A stretch of DNA of 64,000 bases from Candidatus Poribacteria bacterium (GTDB lineage Bacteria; Poribacteria; WGA-4E; WGA-3G), in contig CAXXUA010000004.1 of NCBI GenBank assembly GCA_963663765.2, forward strand, positions 736,001 to 800,000. The letters run 5' to 3'. A model generated the notes under the pieces. That model saw only the letters and a list, made by a program, of their open reading frames with translations. It did no database searches and had not been told where the DNA came from. Both the position numbers and the translations under genes were made by a program. Of the stretch, positions 61,477 through 64,000 are shown piece by piece. Each line of letters opens with the position of its first letter. The stretch's first letter is position 1.

Positions 61477-62517
61477 TTACAAATCCAAATCACTCAGATA
61501 ATCTGCAATCTTCTTCGGTTGACCATCCACTGAGGTTTCCATCGCAGCGATGACGAGAACAAAACTCTTGATGTTGTCTTGTATGCGTGTTGCTGAAGGT
61601 TCATCACCATCAAGCCAATTGAGGAATTCATTAAATAGATATGTGTGCGCATAATGTGAGATTGGTGGTGCTTCATATACCTCTCTTTCGCCACCTACGC
61701 GATGAATCGTTATCTGGTTACCGCCTCCTATTTCAACTGTACCTTCCTCAAATTCTGCGCGGTAATGTTCACCGTTCCAACAATTGATGATTCCCGCTGC
61801 AGAACTGTTTCCTTCATAAGAGGCGTGGACACCGTTATCCATACGCATTAAATAATATCCGCTTGAAAAGTGCTTAAAACTTGACCATTCTGGATTCCAA
61901 CCGAAACCAACTAAGCTTTCGCAATCACCACCAGAGAGGAATCGAAGCATGTCAAGGTGATGTACAGAAGCCTCAAAAAGCAAGCTAAAATCCATATCAT
62001 GGCGCCAGTCCACCCCCCACGATAGATAGCGACGATAGTCACAAGCATATCTTCCAACAACATGCTGGAGCCGTCCTAACCTACCTTCTTCACGGATTCG
62101 GACTAATTCCTGTTTGTTGTTTGCATAGCGATAGTTTTGTATGATTGCACACGGTAAACCGGTTTTCTGTGAAGTTCGCACCATCGCTTTCGCTGCGTCT
62201 AAAGTGTCTGCTATTGGTTTTTCGCTGATCACTGGCATACCGTTTTCCATTGCTGCAACTGCTGCAGGACTATGAAAAGGTGGGGGTGTTGCCACTCCAC
62301 AAAAATCTGCCTTGACCGTTGCACACGCCTCGTTGAAGTCGGTGAATAGTTGTGATGAACTTAGTCCTAAAGCTTTGCCTTGTGCTTCAAGGACATTCGT
62401 TTTTATATCTGCTAAGCCGACAATCTCAACGCGCTCACCGAAATTGTTTGTGAATTGACGAATCCAACCACCAGCCATTCCGCTGCCACCAATCATCAGA
62501 CATTTGAGTTTAGCCAT
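61477..62517 (-). CDS. Gfo/Idh/MocA family oxidoreductase (tandem paralog)
   Basis: MIGGSGMA, SEKP, HHLD; long identical stretches shared with the downstream gene. Confidence 0.9.
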   Translation of the reverse strand: MAKLKCLMIGGSGMAGGWIRQFTNNFGERVEIVGLADIKTNVLEAQGKALGLSSSQLFTDFNEACATVKADFCGVATPPPFHSPAAVAAMENGMPVISEKPIADTLDAAKAMVRTSQKTGLPCAIIQNYRYANNKQELVRIREEGRLGRLQHVVGRYACDYRRYLSWGVDWRHDMDFSLLFEASVHHLDMLRFLSGGDCESLVGFGWNPEWSSFKHFSSGYYLMRMDNGVHASYEGNSSAAGIINCWNGEHYRAEFEEGTVEIGGGNQITIHRVGGEREVYEAPPISHYAHTYLFNEFLNWLDGDEPSATRIQDNIKSFVLVIAAMETSVDGQPKKIADYLSDLDL

Positions 62518-62618
62518 ATTTTCTCCTTATGAAACTATGGTAGATTTATGAAATATAAGTAGTTTGCTTAATAATATACGACAATTTTATAAATATTGCT
62601 TGTTTTTCTTTTTTTGGA

Positions 62619-63083
62619 CAGGGTTATTCAGTTTTAAGAGTATTCTGTTCTTAAGATTTACTGAAAGTTAATACCCAGGTCCGGTTTCCTAACCGAATTT
62701 TACGCATCAATTTTAATTTATTGAAAACTGAATATCGCGCTTTAGTCCCGTAGGGACGATATGTGTATAGATAACGAATACCCTCCCAATGTCTTTAGTC
62801 CCGTAGGGACGATATGTGTATAGATAACGAATACCCTCCCAATGTCTTTAATCCCGTAGGGACGATATGTGTATAGATAACGAATACCCTCCCAATGTCT
62901 TTAGTCCCGTAGGGACGATATGTGTATTCTTCTATGTCGTTCCTACGGAACTCTATTGGGATTGAAAACATTTTCTATAAACATATCGTTCCTACGGAAC
63001 TAAAGACATGGACAAGATGGTATTACAAAATATTAACGGTATAACAAAATACTATCAAAAATATTGAAAACTGAATAACCTTG
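62619..63083. mobile_element. CAGGG-ended MITE enclosing a 53-bp tandem REP array
   Basis: TIRs; four direct 53-bp units (62740 onward) plus inverted copies. Confidence 0.75.
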
Positions 63084-63288
63084 TTTTTAGGGAGTGTAAA
63101 GTTTTTTACAATGTGTCTGAACAAGGATTTTCATGATCATCAAGTGATCCAAATTACTTTTTCAAGTGTTTCTACTCGTGTTGGTAGGAATGAACTCCCT
63201 GTCACGACTGTTTGATACATTCCCCGGGTCGCTCCAACCGAAAAAAACAAGGGTTACAAACTCCTCCCACAAGAATATCAAACTACAA

Positions 63289-63410
63289 CAGGACTTACGC
63301 AGTTTTCTTGATTTAATCAAAAATTATGATGAAAATGATGCAATTATCAGCGTTTTTATGGGTTTCCAGCGCGCTTACAAAGCACGCCTACCGTTTTTGC
63401 GTAAGTCCAG
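63289..63410. mobile_element. 122-bp IS701-derived MITE
   Basis: Same TIRs, TACAA duplication. Confidence 0.85.
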
Positions 63411-63554
63411 TACAAATGAATGCCTCTGTAGTTATGAGATGTCTTTGTAGAGTGTCTAAATCAGGATTTTCAAATCAAAGGCATTCATTCCATTGATTTA
63501 GAGGATGTTCCAATAGGTATAATCCCACTTCCCATTTATGCCAGCGACATAAGT

Positions 63555-64000
63555 CTAAGTGTTTAGATTTTCCCGCATGATTCTACCACGCAAGACATAA
63601 TCATCTTTACCATGTCTTACACGGTCAAATTCCGCTTCATTTACTTCTCTTCTTACCACTGCAGGCACACCCATTGCGATTGTTCCGGGAGGAATTTCCT
63701 GTCCTTCACGTACAAGTGTTCCTGCTGCAACTATAGCACGTTCCCCGACTTTGCAGCCTGTCAAGAGGATCGCACCCATTCCAATTAATGCTTCATTACC
63801 GATTGCACAACTGTGAAGAATTGCGCCGTGTCCAATAGTAACATCATCACCGATGTGACACGGTATTTCTTTGTCCATGTGTACCACAGTACCGTCCTGT
63901 ATGTTCGTGCGGCAACCGATAAAGATCGGTTCAAGATCACCCCGCAGCACACAGTTAAACCAAATACTTGAATCCTCGCCAATTTTCACATTGCCGATGA
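63555..64000 (-). CDS. Gamma carbonic anhydrase family hexapeptide protein (5' end outside the window)
   Basis: VLRGD, NIQDGTVVH, IGHGAILH, GVPA. Confidence 0.9.
   Translation of the reverse strand, partial: IGNVKIGEDSSIWFNCVLRGDLEPIFIGCRTNIQDGTVVHMDKEIPCHIGDDVTIGHGAILHSCAIGNEALIGMGAILLTGCKVGERAIVAAGTLVREGQEIPPGTIAMGVPAVVRREVNEAEFDRVRHGKDDYVLRGRIMRENLNT

Overview
Low-GC (roughly 38% by eye) bacterial chromosome segment. Dockerin-like DxNxDGxxNILDL motifs, C-terminal 'TWGxxK' motifs, an ECF sigma fused to extracellular domains and several PQQ-propeller, TPR and Gfo/Idh genes suggest Candidatus Poribacteria; this is inferred, not searched. The window holds about 48 CDS, tRNA-Phe and tRNA-Thr, a Fur-boxed porin/imelysin/di-heme/ferritin iron locus, and a putative biosynthetic cluster (Fe-ADH, PQQ propeller, HemN-like radical SAM, CoA ligase, flavin halogenase). 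One apparently intact IS701 splits a C-type-lectin gene. Intergenic DNA is densely filled with nested MITEs and REP-like palindromes. Highlights: (1) a 34-36 bp asymmetric hairpin element that inserts without target duplication into other repeats and into itself, with filled and empty sites both visible; (2) a secreted dockerin-thioredoxin with an in-frame UGA forming UxxC plus a SECIS-like hairpin, probably a selenoprotein; (3) a 122-bp MITE family sharing ends with the resident IS701, including a 5-copy tandem array; (4) a shared C-terminal TWG motif as a candidate sorting signal; (5) two nucleases each broken by a single stop codon.
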